In this document: positions 1-9,282 of the stretch, piece by piece | How the letters are laid out: every line of letters starts with the position of its first letter | Numbering within the stretch: the stretch's first letter is position 1 | Origin: Myxococcales bacterium | Lineage (GTDB): Bacteria; Myxococcota_A; Polyangia; Haliangiales; Haliangiaceae | DNA: 28,758 bases | Direction: 5' to 3' | Assembly (NCBI GenBank): GCA_016706545.1 | Contig: JADJJK010000031.1 | Coordinates: 85,650 to 114,407, forward strand | Translations under genes and position numbers: made by a program | The notes under the pieces: generated by a model | Databases searched by the model: none | What the model was told of the DNA's origin: nothing | Seen by the model: the letters and a program-made list of their open reading frames with translations, nothing else

Positions 1-1
1 A

Positions 2-1447
<1,446 letters not shown>

Positions 1448-1477
1448 AGCGCCGCGCCGCGGTGCCTGTTTTCGTCG

Positions 1478-2210
1478 TCGTCTCTCTCTCTTCTCTCTCT
1501 CAGGTATCTGGGTTCTGAACCAGCAGGGGCTGTGGGCGGTGTGGAGAGGCGCGCAGGCACGCCATCGCCCACGCCGCCCATCCACCGCGTGCGCCTCTCC
1601 AAGGGCTGTGCGTCAACCGCGCCACCTCGCGCCTCACGGCTGCCAAAGCTCGATGGGGCGCGGTTGTCCACAGCCCGCCACCGTCCATAGCCCCGCCATC
1701 GCCGCCCATTCCCCCTCTCTCTCCCTCCCTGGTTCTGGTTCTCTCAACAAAAACAATAGATCTGGTTCTGCGAACCAGCAGGGGCTGTGGGCGGTGTGGA
1801 GAGGCGCGCAGGCACGCCAGCTCCACGCGGCCCACCCACCGCGTGCGCCTCTCCAAGGGCTGTGGACAACCGCGCCACCTCGCGCCTCACGGCTGCCAAA
1901 GCTCGATGGGGCGCGGTTGTCCACAGCCCGCCACTGTCCATAGCCCCGCCATCGCCGCCCATTCCCCCTCTCTCTCTCCCTCCCTGGTTCTGGTTCTCTC
2001 AAATAAAACAATAGATCTGGTTCTGCGACCAGTAGGGCTGTGGGCGGTGTGGAGAGGCGCGCAGGCACGCCAGCTCCACGCCGCCCACCACCGCCTGCGC
2101 CTCTCCAAGGGCTGTGCGTCAACCGCGCCACCCACGCACACCGACGAAGCACTCAGCTCACTGGGCGCGGTTGTCCACAGCCCGCCACCGTCCATAGCCC
2201 CGCCATCGCT
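1478..2210. repeat. Three tandem copies of a ~254-255-bp GC-rich structured unit; copy 3 is truncated at the island junction
   Basis: Units begin at about 1508, 1762 and 2017. Each has a CT-rich/A-rich tail, a palindrome CTGGTTCTGCGAACCAG and a conserved core. Copy 2 has a perfect 20-bp inverted repeat (1856-1875 / 1909-1928). Confidence 0.85.
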
Positions 2211-2226
2211 GTTCACTCGCTCTATC

Positions 2227-2243
2227 TGTGAATCGCATTCACA
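2227..2243. promoter_or_regulatory. Perfect palindrome TGTGAATcgcATTCACA at the start of the low-GC leader upstream of the adenylation operon (candidate regulator-binding site)
   Basis: 7-bp arms with a 3-bp spacer read directly. It lies in the AT-richer leader about 355 bp upstream of the first island gene. Confidence 0.3.
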
Positions 2244-2506
2244 TCGCATCTCGTATTGCCAATCGTCTGCAAGATTGTTAATCTGTGCCGGCAATCAAAT
2301 GGCTATCTCTTCACGTCATAGTAAGGCCGCGCAGCTCACGCTCGAGTCCGCGCGCAAGCCCACCGGCCACGGCGGCTGGCGCCCCGGGGCTGTCGCCGCG
2401 TCGCGGTGGTCAGATTGCCTCAGTGGAACCGCTCGCCGCCATGGGGTAGTTCCGGATCTGACCGCCGCCTATGGCCCGGCGCGAGTCAACGAGAACTGCA
2501 AAACCG

Positions 2507-2533
2507 CCAATAGCTGTTCCCAGTTGCTATTGG
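2507..2533. promoter_or_regulatory. Inverted repeat CCAATAGC-N11-GCTATTGG in the 5' leader of the adenylation gene (candidate operator or RNA stem-loop)
   Basis: Perfect 8-bp arms, about 65 bp upstream of the ATG at 2599. Confidence 0.25.
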
Positions 2534-2598
2534 TGGTTCGCTGTGCGAACCTATCATCCGGGTACCGAATGGTCCCACAACTGTAGCGGCCGCCACGA

Positions 2599-4068
2599 AT
2601 GACTGAAGTCGAGATATCGACAATCGCTCTGATGGTTCGCGAGGCGCTCGATGGGCCTGACCGTCTGTTGGTCGAGGACGGATGGGGGCGATGGGGCCTA
2701 AGCACGTCTCAGACCCTTTCGCTTGCGGAGATGCTCATGGAGGTACTCGGGGACCGGGCCAGTCGACCTCTGGTGGCGTACCTGCAAAAGTCTCGACTCT
2801 ATTACGCATTCACCGCTTGCTGCTTCCTTAACCGCTTGAGTTACTGCCCGATCGATGCATCAAACCCGCTACAGAGGGTGCTCGATGTTGCTGCGCAGTT
2901 GCCAGACGCCATAATTGTCTGCGACAATGAGGAGGTCCTTGCTTCGATCTTGGAGCGAAAGATCGATGGCATCCGCATCAGCGAGGACTTTACCCGGGAA
3001 GATCGAGAGAACCGAGACGCGGTTGCAATGCCCGGGACGAAGAGTCCGCACTATTGTATCGCCACATCCGGTAGCACCGGTACACCGAAGTTGGTGCTGG
3101 TTCCGCATGATCACACGATTCCATTTGTGCGCTGGGCAGTACCCTTCTATAGAATCGGTCAAGGTTGCCGTTGGGCGCAATTCTCAAGCATCGGGTTCGA
3201 CCTTTCGCTCGTTGACTTCTTGTCTGTGGTGTGTGGCGGCGGGGTTCTCATTTCGCTTTCCTCTCAGCTCGACCGCATGCGTCCGGCGCTTGCGGTGAAA
3301 CGATGCCGTATTACCCACTGGCACTCCGTGCCGTCGATGATCCCGTACTTTCTCATCGATTCGGTAGGGGACGATCAGTCCACATGTCAGGTGTTCTCGT
3401 TCTGCGGTGAACCGCTTCAGCGAGCAAATGCAGACAAGCTCATGGCTCGATACCCTGGGGCAAGAATCGTAAATACATATGGTCCAACCGAAGGCACGCT
3501 GTTCTGCTCATTCTTCGAATATCGCCCCAATGACGAGACCGTGGTCGGAGACTTCGTCCCCATCGGACAACCGATACCACCGTGGAACTTCATCCTAATT
3601 CCCGAGGAGCGAGCGGAAAGGCTGGTGCTCATTGCCCCGAACATTGCCGACGGTTATGTCGGAACCGAATCCGCCGCGTTCGCCGCCGTCGATCTGTTTG
3701 GGTTCCGGCTACGCGCTTTCGACACGGGGGACAGGGTGAAGAGGCTTGGGCTACATCTCTATTTTTCACATCGAGTGGACACTATGGTGAAGGTGAATGG
3801 AAATCGCTTAGATCTCGCCGAGGTGGAGGCCGTTGCACAGCGCCTTGGTTTCACCAATCCGATGGCATTCGTGGTGGGAAGCGGAGTAACTTTGGTGGCC
3901 GAAGGAGAGCAAGACGCGGTGACGCTCCTGATCCAACAACTCGGTGAGCACCTGCCGCAGTATGGCGTTCCCAATGTTGTGCGAGTTGTTCCCGCGCACC
4001 CGCGCACCCCAAGCGGCAAGCTCGACCGGCGGGCCGTCCGAAAGTCGCTCGGAGAAAACAGTGAATAG
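2599..4068 (+). CDS. Stand-alone adenylation-domain enzyme (AMP-dependent synthetase/ligase; DltA or NRPS A-domain-like)
   Basis: Core motifs A3 TSGSTGTPKLV, A4 FDLS, A5 NTYGPTE, A7 FDTGDRV, A8 VKVNGNRLDLAEVE, A10 PSGKLDRRA. 489 aa. GC about 50%. Confidence 0.9.
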   Translation: MTEVEISTIALMVREALDGPDRLLVEDGWGRWGLSTSQTLSLAEMLMEVLGDRASRPLVAYLQKSRLYYAFTACCFLNRLSYCPIDASNPLQRVLDVAAQLPDAIIVCDNEEVLASILERKIDGIRISEDFTREDRENRDAVAMPGTKSPHYCIATSGSTGTPKLVLVPHDHTIPFVRWAVPFYRIGQGCRWAQFSSIGFDLSLVDFLSVVCGGGVLISLSSQLDRMRPALAVKRCRITHWHSVPSMIPYFLIDSVGDDQSTCQVFSFCGEPLQRANADKLMARYPGARIVNTYGPTEGTLFCSFFEYRPNDETVVGDFVPIGQPIPPWNFILIPEERAERLVLIAPNIADGYVGTESAAFAAVDLFGFRLRAFDTGDRVKRLGLHLYFSHRVDTMVKVNGNRLDLAEVEAVAQRLGFTNPMAFVVGSGVTLVAEGEQDAVTLLIQQLGEHLPQYGVPNVVRVVPAHPRTPSGKLDRRAVRKSLGENSE

Positions 4069-4321
4069 TGGCACATACGAAATCGCCCGCCGGCTAATTG
4101 CATCTGCGCTCGGCGCGCAGTTGGAGGCGATCGGTCCAACAACAGCCATCTATAAGATTCCGGAATGGGACAGCCTTGGTCAATTGAAGATCGTGGTGGC
4201 CTTGGAGAAGGCGCTCAACGTTAGAATTCTGGATGAAGTGACCTTCGAGTCCCTTGTGAATGTACGAAGAATCGCGGCGTATATCAATAATGTCAGAGCG
4301 GAAAATCACAATGGCAAATGA
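4061..4321 (+). CDS. Small acyl/peptidyl carrier protein (DltC-like), GTG start overlapping the adenylation gene stop by 8 nt
   Basis: Phosphopantetheine-attachment motif EWDSLGQLKIV. About 86 aa. GGAG Shine-Dalgarno 6 nt upstream of GTG 4061. The ORF-track entry 3944-4321 is the same frame with a spurious N-extension. Confidence 0.75.
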   Translation: MNSGTYEIARRLIASALGAQLEAIGPTTAIYKIPEWDSLGQLKIVVALEKALNVRILDEVTFESLVNVRRIAAYINNVRAENHNGK

Positions 4322-5090
4322 GGTAAATTTCGAGGCGGCGGACGGACATGTGGTCCGTGGAACCCATACCCAGGCGCATGCGGAGCGGGGGATGGTCCTG
4401 CTCGTCCACGGCATCACCGCCGATCGCCATGAATGGAGTTTCTTCGACTTTCTAGCAGCGGAACTGCTGGGTCAGGGCTTCAGCTCACTCGCCATTGACT
4501 ACCGAGGGCACGGGGCGTCTTCGATCCCTATTTCGGAATTGAGTCTCGCGGGTGTTGTGCTCGATATCGCTGCGAGTTGGGAATACTGCCTCGAGCGCCG
4601 CCAGAATCCGTCGGCAATCAAGGTGATCGTGGGCAACAGCTTCGGTGGTGGTGCCTCACTCTTGTTCAGCTCATGGAGTGGAGAAATCGATCATGTTGTT
4701 GCCACATGCCCTGTTCTCTCATACGTCGACGACCTCGATCGTGTCAACAGAGCATGGCGGAGTGACCTCCCGACTGGTCGAATTCACTACGCGAGCAAGA
4801 GTCTTCCTTCTTCCATTGTTCCGCAAATGTACCTGTTCGATCTGATGCTGGCGCGGACGACGCGCAACGTGAATCTAACCATTTTCCACGGCACATCGGA
4901 CACCGATGTCCCCATTTTGGCGAGCGAGCAATTTATCGAGAGTCGAGGCAGTGGTAACCTCCACCGGCTCCTAGGAATGGACCATTCGTTCTCAGCACCC
5001 GAAGGAACCGAGAATCGCGCCGCGGTATCGCTTGAATTTCGAAGGCGCGCGGCTCGTGAAATTTCCACCTTTGTCGGAAGCCTCGGGTGA
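4311..5090 (+). CDS. Alpha/beta-hydrolase fold protein (thioesterase or acyl-transfer candidate); alternative in-frame starts at 4290 and 4260
   Basis: HG oxyanion motif (LLVHGITADRHEW), nucleophile elbow GNSFGG, and catalytic Asp/His candidates (TSDTDVP, MDHSF). The ATG at 4311 overlaps the carrier-protein stop (TGA 4319-4321). Confidence 0.8.
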   Translation: MANEVNFEAADGHVVRGTHTQAHAERGMVLLVHGITADRHEWSFFDFLAAELLGQGFSSLAIDYRGHGASSIPISELSLAGVVLDIAASWEYCLERRQNPSAIKVIVGNSFGGGASLLFSSWSGEIDHVVATCPVLSYVDDLDRVNRAWRSDLPTGRIHYASKSLPSSIVPQMYLFDLMLARTTRNVNLTIFHGTSDTDVPILASEQFIESRGSGNLHRLLGMDHSFSAPEGTENRAAVSLEFRRRAAREISTFVGSLG

Positions 5091-5695
5091 TGCTCACCAT
5101 TACCGAACCTCTTTTTCTTGCCGAACCTCGTAGTTGGCCCGAGTGGGACATCTCGCTCGGAGCCTTTGTGACTGTTGAAGCGAGTCCTGAAGCTCCCGTG
5201 AGAATCAGTCCCAGGTGCCGTGTAGGGCACCATGTCTACATTGGCTCGGCTGTAACGCTATGTAATGGAGTCCGACTTGACACCATGAGCTTTGTTGGCG
5301 CTCGAACGACAATCGGAGAGGGCTCCGCAGTTCACAGCGTGAAGGTATTCGAAGCAGTGACGATTGGTCGCAACACGTTTATTGGGGGAGATGTGTCTAA
5401 CTGGACCATCATCGGCGATGATGTGACCTTCATGGGGCGAATCGTGCATACCTATCGGAAGGCCGGAGGCAGGGATGACTGGGTGGGCGCAGGACCACAG
5501 CCATCGCCCCGGATTGGGGATAAGGCGATCATCGGTGAGAACGCGCTTCTTATCGGTGGCATTGATATTGGCCGCGGTGCGTACGTGTCGGCCGGGGAGG
5601 TCGTCAAGTACGATGTTCCCGCCGGGCACCTTGCGATCAACGGAGAACTCATTCCTCTCTCTGCCTTCCGCGGGTTCATCAAGAGTCGCGAGTAG
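5087..5695 (+). CDS. Hexapeptide-repeat (left-handed beta-helix) acyltransferase
   Basis: Repeated [LIV]-G-x-x-x-x hexads (VYIGSAVTLCNGVRLD, VFEAVTIGRNTFIGGDV, IGDKAIIGENALLIGGIDIGRGAYVSAG). ATGA start/stop overlap with the upstream gene. Confidence 0.8.
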   Translation: MMLTITEPLFLAEPRSWPEWDISLGAFVTVEASPEAPVRISPRCRVGHHVYIGSAVTLCNGVRLDTMSFVGARTTIGEGSAVHSVKVFEAVTIGRNTFIGGDVSNWTIIGDDVTFMGRIVHTYRKAGGRDDWVGAGPQPSPRIGDKAIIGENALLIGGIDIGRGAYVSAGEVVKYDVPAGHLAINGELIPLSAFRGFIKSRE

Positions 5696-5709
5696 GGCAC
5701 GAGGCCCGT

Positions 5710-6852
5710 ATGAAACTGCGAGTGTTCGTCAGCCATAGTTTTCATGCCGAGCACCACCTGCACGGCAAGCTTGATGGTTTTCGTAACTCTGTGGATGCTG
5801 CTCGGGTTGAGGTGCTGTCGCATGCCAAACTGGGGTTGCGGGATGTCTCAATTGATCTCCACTTTGAGGATACGGCGATTGGACAGTTGCTACCTGCGCG
5901 GACACGAATAGACATCGAATGCGCTGACATCTTCATAATCGATATTTCAGCCCGCACTGCGAACACATTTTTTGAACTCGGGTATGCTCGTGCTTTGGGT
6001 GTGGAAACAATTGTGATTCAACAACGCTCTATCCAAGAATCGATTCCGGCGAACGTGGCCGACCTTCTTGTCGGATTCTATGGGACCACAGATGAGCTAC
6101 GGCAGATTGTCGCGAGGCGACTCAGCGAGATTCTGGGAGATGTGGCGTCCTTGGGCGCGAGCCGACCGCGCGACCGATGTTTCTGGTTCGAACCGGATGT
6201 TAGAGAGGTGCATATCGTGTGTGGCAGCGAGCCTGAGGCGACGCGATTTGCCAACCGGGACTCCGACGACTACTTGCTTATCGACAACTTTGACGACCGC
6301 GATGCTCTCTTTGCGCTGAGCACCTTGCTGTCTCGCGCATACCCGAACGCGAACTTGGTCCGCCACACCTCGGCGAACCTGCCCCCGGACATCTACCACT
6401 CCAATCTGGTTCTTGTTGGTGGCCCTCTTACAAATCGTGTCGCCGCGGAGATGATGGCGGAACTTAACGTGAAAGTTAGATACCTTGATGGCGACGATGG
6501 CATTGAGTTTCAGGGGCCACGTGGGCTTGAGATCGTACGATCCCAGCGGGATGCGTCAGGTGTGATCGTTGCAGACGCAGGGTATTTTGGCCGTTTTCGG
6601 AACCCATTTGCGCGTCGGAACCGCATCATCATGTGCCAGGGATGCCATACATTCGGAACGCTCGCAGCGAGTGCCATCCTTGCGGACGACAATCAGGCGC
6701 AGGACAACGCACGCTACCTTGAGAAGCTTTCCGGTGTAGATGCCCGAGCAATCGCTCGAATAGAGTGCGTATTCTCAGTCCGAGTTCTCACTAACCGACG
6801 GGTACTGCCTGCAGCCGTCACCGAGCCCTTAACATTTGTACATGTTTCTTGA
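5710..6852 (+). CDS. Two-domain protein: N-terminal TIR/NDT-like (flavodoxin-fold) domain plus C-terminal Rossmann-like domain with SLOG/LOG-like glycine motifs
   Basis: N-terminal: VFVSHSF...DLHFEDTAIGQLL...ADIFIIDISARTANTFFELGYARALG, matching the TIR / nucleoside 2-deoxyribosyltransferase-like pattern with a conserved Glu. C-terminal: LVLVGGPLTN...IIMCQGCHTFGTLAASAIL resembles the LOG/SLOG GGxxG...PGGxGTxxE motifs. GAGG Shine-Dalgarno; 14-bp gap after the LbH gene. Domain calls are motif-level only. Confidence 0.65.
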   Translation: MKLRVFVSHSFHAEHHLHGKLDGFRNSVDAARVEVLSHAKLGLRDVSIDLHFEDTAIGQLLPARTRIDIECADIFIIDISARTANTFFELGYARALGVETIVIQQRSIQESIPANVADLLVGFYGTTDELRQIVARRLSEILGDVASLGASRPRDRCFWFEPDVREVHIVCGSEPEATRFANRDSDDYLLIDNFDDRDALFALSTLLSRAYPNANLVRHTSANLPPDIYHSNLVLVGGPLTNRVAAEMMAELNVKVRYLDGDDGIEFQGPRGLEIVRSQRDASGVIVADAGYFGRFRNPFARRNRIIMCQGCHTFGTLAASAILADDNQAQDNARYLEKLSGVDARAIARIECVFSVRVLTNRRVLPAAVTEPLTFVHVS

Positions 6853-7509
6853 CAGCCGATGACGGATTTCTTTTCGGAAGAAGAACGTAAGATATTCGTT
6901 GATGTCTTTCGCCATCGGGATGTAATGCTCAATCGAGCGTTCAGCGTCTGCAAGGAGTCCAATGTTCACGTGGTCAACGATGTATCCGCGAGTGTCAAGT
7001 GCATGTGTGAGGATGGCAATATCGATCGCCCAGTTATTCGGCAAGTCGACTAGTGCGAAATCGCATCGGTTAAACAGGTAGGTGCCGCTTAGAGGGAGAG
7101 GGATGGTGTCCCATTCCGGACGGTACAGCTGAAAGAATGGACGAACGACGAGGTTCGTTACCGGAAATGTGTCGTAGGGAGAGTGGAAGATCCCGCGCTT
7201 GAGTGCATGCTTGGGGCCAGTTCGGAGCAAGTCTACCCACTCAGTTTGCCAGTCCCTGATGTCCGCATCGGTCCGAAGCACCAGGTCCTCTCGAGCAGCG
7301 CTCATGCCGACCTTCATTGCGCAGCCGAGACCAACGTCAAGGCACTGAAGTACACGAGCCCCGGCTTCACTGGCCTGCTCAGCTGTGTGATCATCCGATG
7401 CGTTATCGACAACAATGACCTCGCTGACGAGCTTGCTGTCGAGCAAGCGCCGCACAACACTACCAACAGTCTCCTGCTCATTCCGGGCTGGCACTACAGC
7501 TGAAATCAT
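6829..7509 (-). CDS. Family-2 glycosyltransferase (GT-A fold; dolichyl-phosphate-sugar synthase-like)
   Basis: ISAVVPARNEQETVGSVV...EVIVVDNASDDHT...LRTDADI (DxD). GGAG Shine-Dalgarno before the ATG at 7509. 3' end converges with and overlaps the upstream gene by 24 bp. Confidence 0.85.
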   Translation of the reverse strand: MISAVVPARNEQETVGSVVRRLLDSKLVSEVIVVDNASDDHTAEQASEAGARVLQCLDVGLGCAMKVGMSAAREDLVLRTDADIRDWQTEWVDLLRTGPKHALKRGIFHSPYDTFPVTNLVVRPFFQLYRPEWDTIPLPLSGTYLFNRCDFALVDLPNNWAIDIAILTHALDTRGYIVDHVNIGLLADAERSIEHYIPMAKDINEYLTFFFRKEIRHRLSRNMYKC

Positions 7510-7891
7510 GAAATCTCCAGATACGAGGCGGGCACGTGAGACAGTGCGCAGGGTCTTGCGCTTGGAAGCTCAAGCGACTTCATCATGACAACCGGAATTC
7601 TCTCTAGCCGTAGGCGCCAGCTGTGCAGGCGCAGATCTTGCGGCTTCACTTGAATTTTGGCATGAGTTAGTTGTACTGGCATACGGTAAGCTCAGAAATT
7701 CGCTGTGGGAGAAACGAAAGTAGTGTCATGGAGGTTCCGCTACGAAAATCGACTCGGTCGCAACCGCCAAGCCTGGTTGCAGTTCAGACTGAGAGTGAGG
7801 TTCTTTCCTCCAATAGACTTGGCGAGTTTCGCGCGATCGTCACTGTCAAATCGTGCGGTGTGAGAGTGTTGTGATCGCCATCTTCGGCTCC

Positions 7892-8869
7892 CTAGATTCT
7901 CTTTTGCTCGACCAGCCTGCGGTAGTGCTCGCCCAGCAACGTCAGCTTGCAGGCCTTGCTTTCCATGGCCGCGTGCCACATGTGAGGCGCGTCAACGGGC
8001 ACGACTAGGTTTACTCGGTTGTACTTCTGGAGAATCGCAAAGACATGCGTGTGCTCAGGATTGGGTGGTGGCATCCCTGGCTTGCGCCCTTGCATCTCCG
8101 GCTCATACGTTGGGTCCAGTGAAAACCGATACCCCGGCGCTGGAAAGAACTCAGCAATACGTTGAAGCTCCGCAAGACTGATCGAGGGAATCGCCTTCCT
8201 GAGCGACACAAAGCTCTTAACGTTGGTCTTGAAGATGGGGCGCTGATCCCAAGGCCCAAGTGATTGATCAATGTGCGCGTATACACTTCCCGGCGTGATA
8301 TCTCCGACGAGATTGGCGGCACTTCCGACCAGAGCATCTGCAAATAGCGCTGTAAACACGCCGCTCCCATTGCGTTCGGACGCATATTGCTCTGACGTCG
8401 ACGCCGTAAGAATCGTAGTCCCTTCCTTGAGCTCGGCAGTCGAAACGGCTTGGCCTCCAGGACTTCCGGCAATCCCGGAGTGGCAGCTATCCAGCGCAAT
8501 GACCTTGTTCTTCGAGCGTGAGTTATTGGCCAAGATCAGGATCTCAGAGAGAGAGACGCCTTCATCGCCACGGCGAGAGTCGGAGGCCAGGAGGTAGCCG
8601 CCCGTTGCCTCAATGTGTCCGTGACCCGCAAAGTAGAGGAGAGCAATCTCGTCATCCGTCGAGAAAAGCTCCTCGATCGAGTCTTTCAGCTCCGCACGCG
8701 GAACCTGGTCGTTCGGGCTCGTACCCGTTAGCGGCTTTACGGCGAAGTTAACCGTGCCATCGGCGTTTCGTTCAAGCAGTGGCTTAATCGAGTGTGCGTC
8801 GTTGACACATCCGTGCAGCGGTGATGTGTGCTCGTAATAATCAATCCCGACGACCAGCGCTTTGCGCAT
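7892..8869 (-). CDS. Caspase-like peptidase (C14 / caspase-HetF-type p20 domain) with a ~90-aa C-terminal extension
   Basis: [10 protein letters not shown]...GCVNDA...LLYFAGHGH (catalytic His)...IALDSCHSG (catalytic Cys). Strong GGGAGGG Shine-Dalgarno. Lies 26 bp downstream of the TIR-like gene on the same strand. Confidence 0.85.
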   Translation of the reverse strand: MRKALVVGIDYYEHTSPLHGCVNDAHSIKPLLERNADGTVNFAVKPLTGTSPNDQVPRAELKDSIEELFSTDDEIALLYFAGHGHIEATGGYLLASDSRRGDEGVSLSEILILANNSRSKNKVIALDSCHSGIAGSPGGQAVSTAELKEGTTILTASTSEQYASERNGSGVFTALFADALVGSAANLVGDITPGSVYAHIDQSLGPWDQRPIFKTNVKSFVSLRKAIPSISLAELQRIAEFFPAPGYRFSLDPTYEPEMQGRKPGMPPPNPEHTHVFAILQKYNRVNLVVPVDAPHMWHAAMESKACKLTLLGEHYRRLVEQKRI

Positions 8870-8895
8870 TGTCCCTCCCTTGCTTACGTGCGTAT

Positions 8896-9282
8896 CTACA
8901 GCGACTTAATGAATGTTGCGATGTTGTCCCAGGTCCAATTAACGATCTTTATGCCGCTGAGTTCTGCCGGAAGACTAGTGGGGCGATTGTCCGCGGAGCA
9001 GTAGACACCAAGGAGCCTTCGCCCCTCGGCCTTGGCGCATGAGGCTTCCCACAGTGCGCCATCCCCCTTCGTTGTGTTCTTGCTAACGAGTACGATCACG
9101 CCATCGCACCCCTTGATGCGGGAACGACAATTTGTCTTCCACTTCTCGTCCCAGGGCTCCTTCACGGACATGTCCACGAACTCGAACGGCGTGCTTTCAT
9201 TCTTGGATTGTCCCACCAAGAAGTCCCGTGACGTCTTGTCCTCGATGGCGAACGCAATAAAGACCCGCTTCTTCCCGGACAT
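8896..9282 (-). CDS. Small stand-alone TIR-like domain protein (ThsB / DUF1863 / MTH538-type)
   Basis: [16 protein letters not shown]...[36 protein letters not shown] fits the TIR-like architecture (betaA VFISF, S-x-W-x-x-E helix, conserved Glu). 128 aa. AGGGAAG Shine-Dalgarno. Confidence 0.75.
   Translation of the reverse strand: MSGKKRVFIAFAIEDKTSRDFLVGQSKNESTPFEFVDMSVKEPWDEKWKTNCRSRIKGCDGVIVLVSKNTTKGDGALWEASCAKAEGRRLLGVYCSADNRPTSLPAELSGIKIVNWTWDNIATFIKSL

Noticed and set aside
1448-1482. Possible rho-independent terminator after the FHA/sigma-54 activator gene (GC-rich segment followed by TTTT)
   Set aside because: No clean hairpin could be drawn (the CCGCGG palindrome gives only a 3-5-bp stem). 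It was left out of features.
1521-1560. Sigma-54 -24/-12-like GGCACG...CGC/TCC elements inside each repeat unit
   Set aside because: The spacing between GG and GC is off by one and the -12 TTGC is absent. It is not a convincing RpoN promoter.
1539-2586. Several overlapping ORFs (for example 1843-2586+, 1634-2152-, 1887-2294-) inside the tandem repeat array and leader
   Set aside because: They lie within non-coding tandem repeats, overlap on both strands, and have Arg/Pro/Trp-rich composition with no SD. They are artefacts of high GC.
7510-7891. Small ORFs 7671-7874 (+) and 7740-7979 (-) in the gap between the GT2 and caspase genes
   Set aside because: No SD, odd composition, and one overlaps the caspase 3' end. 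More likely a promoter/terminator spacer.
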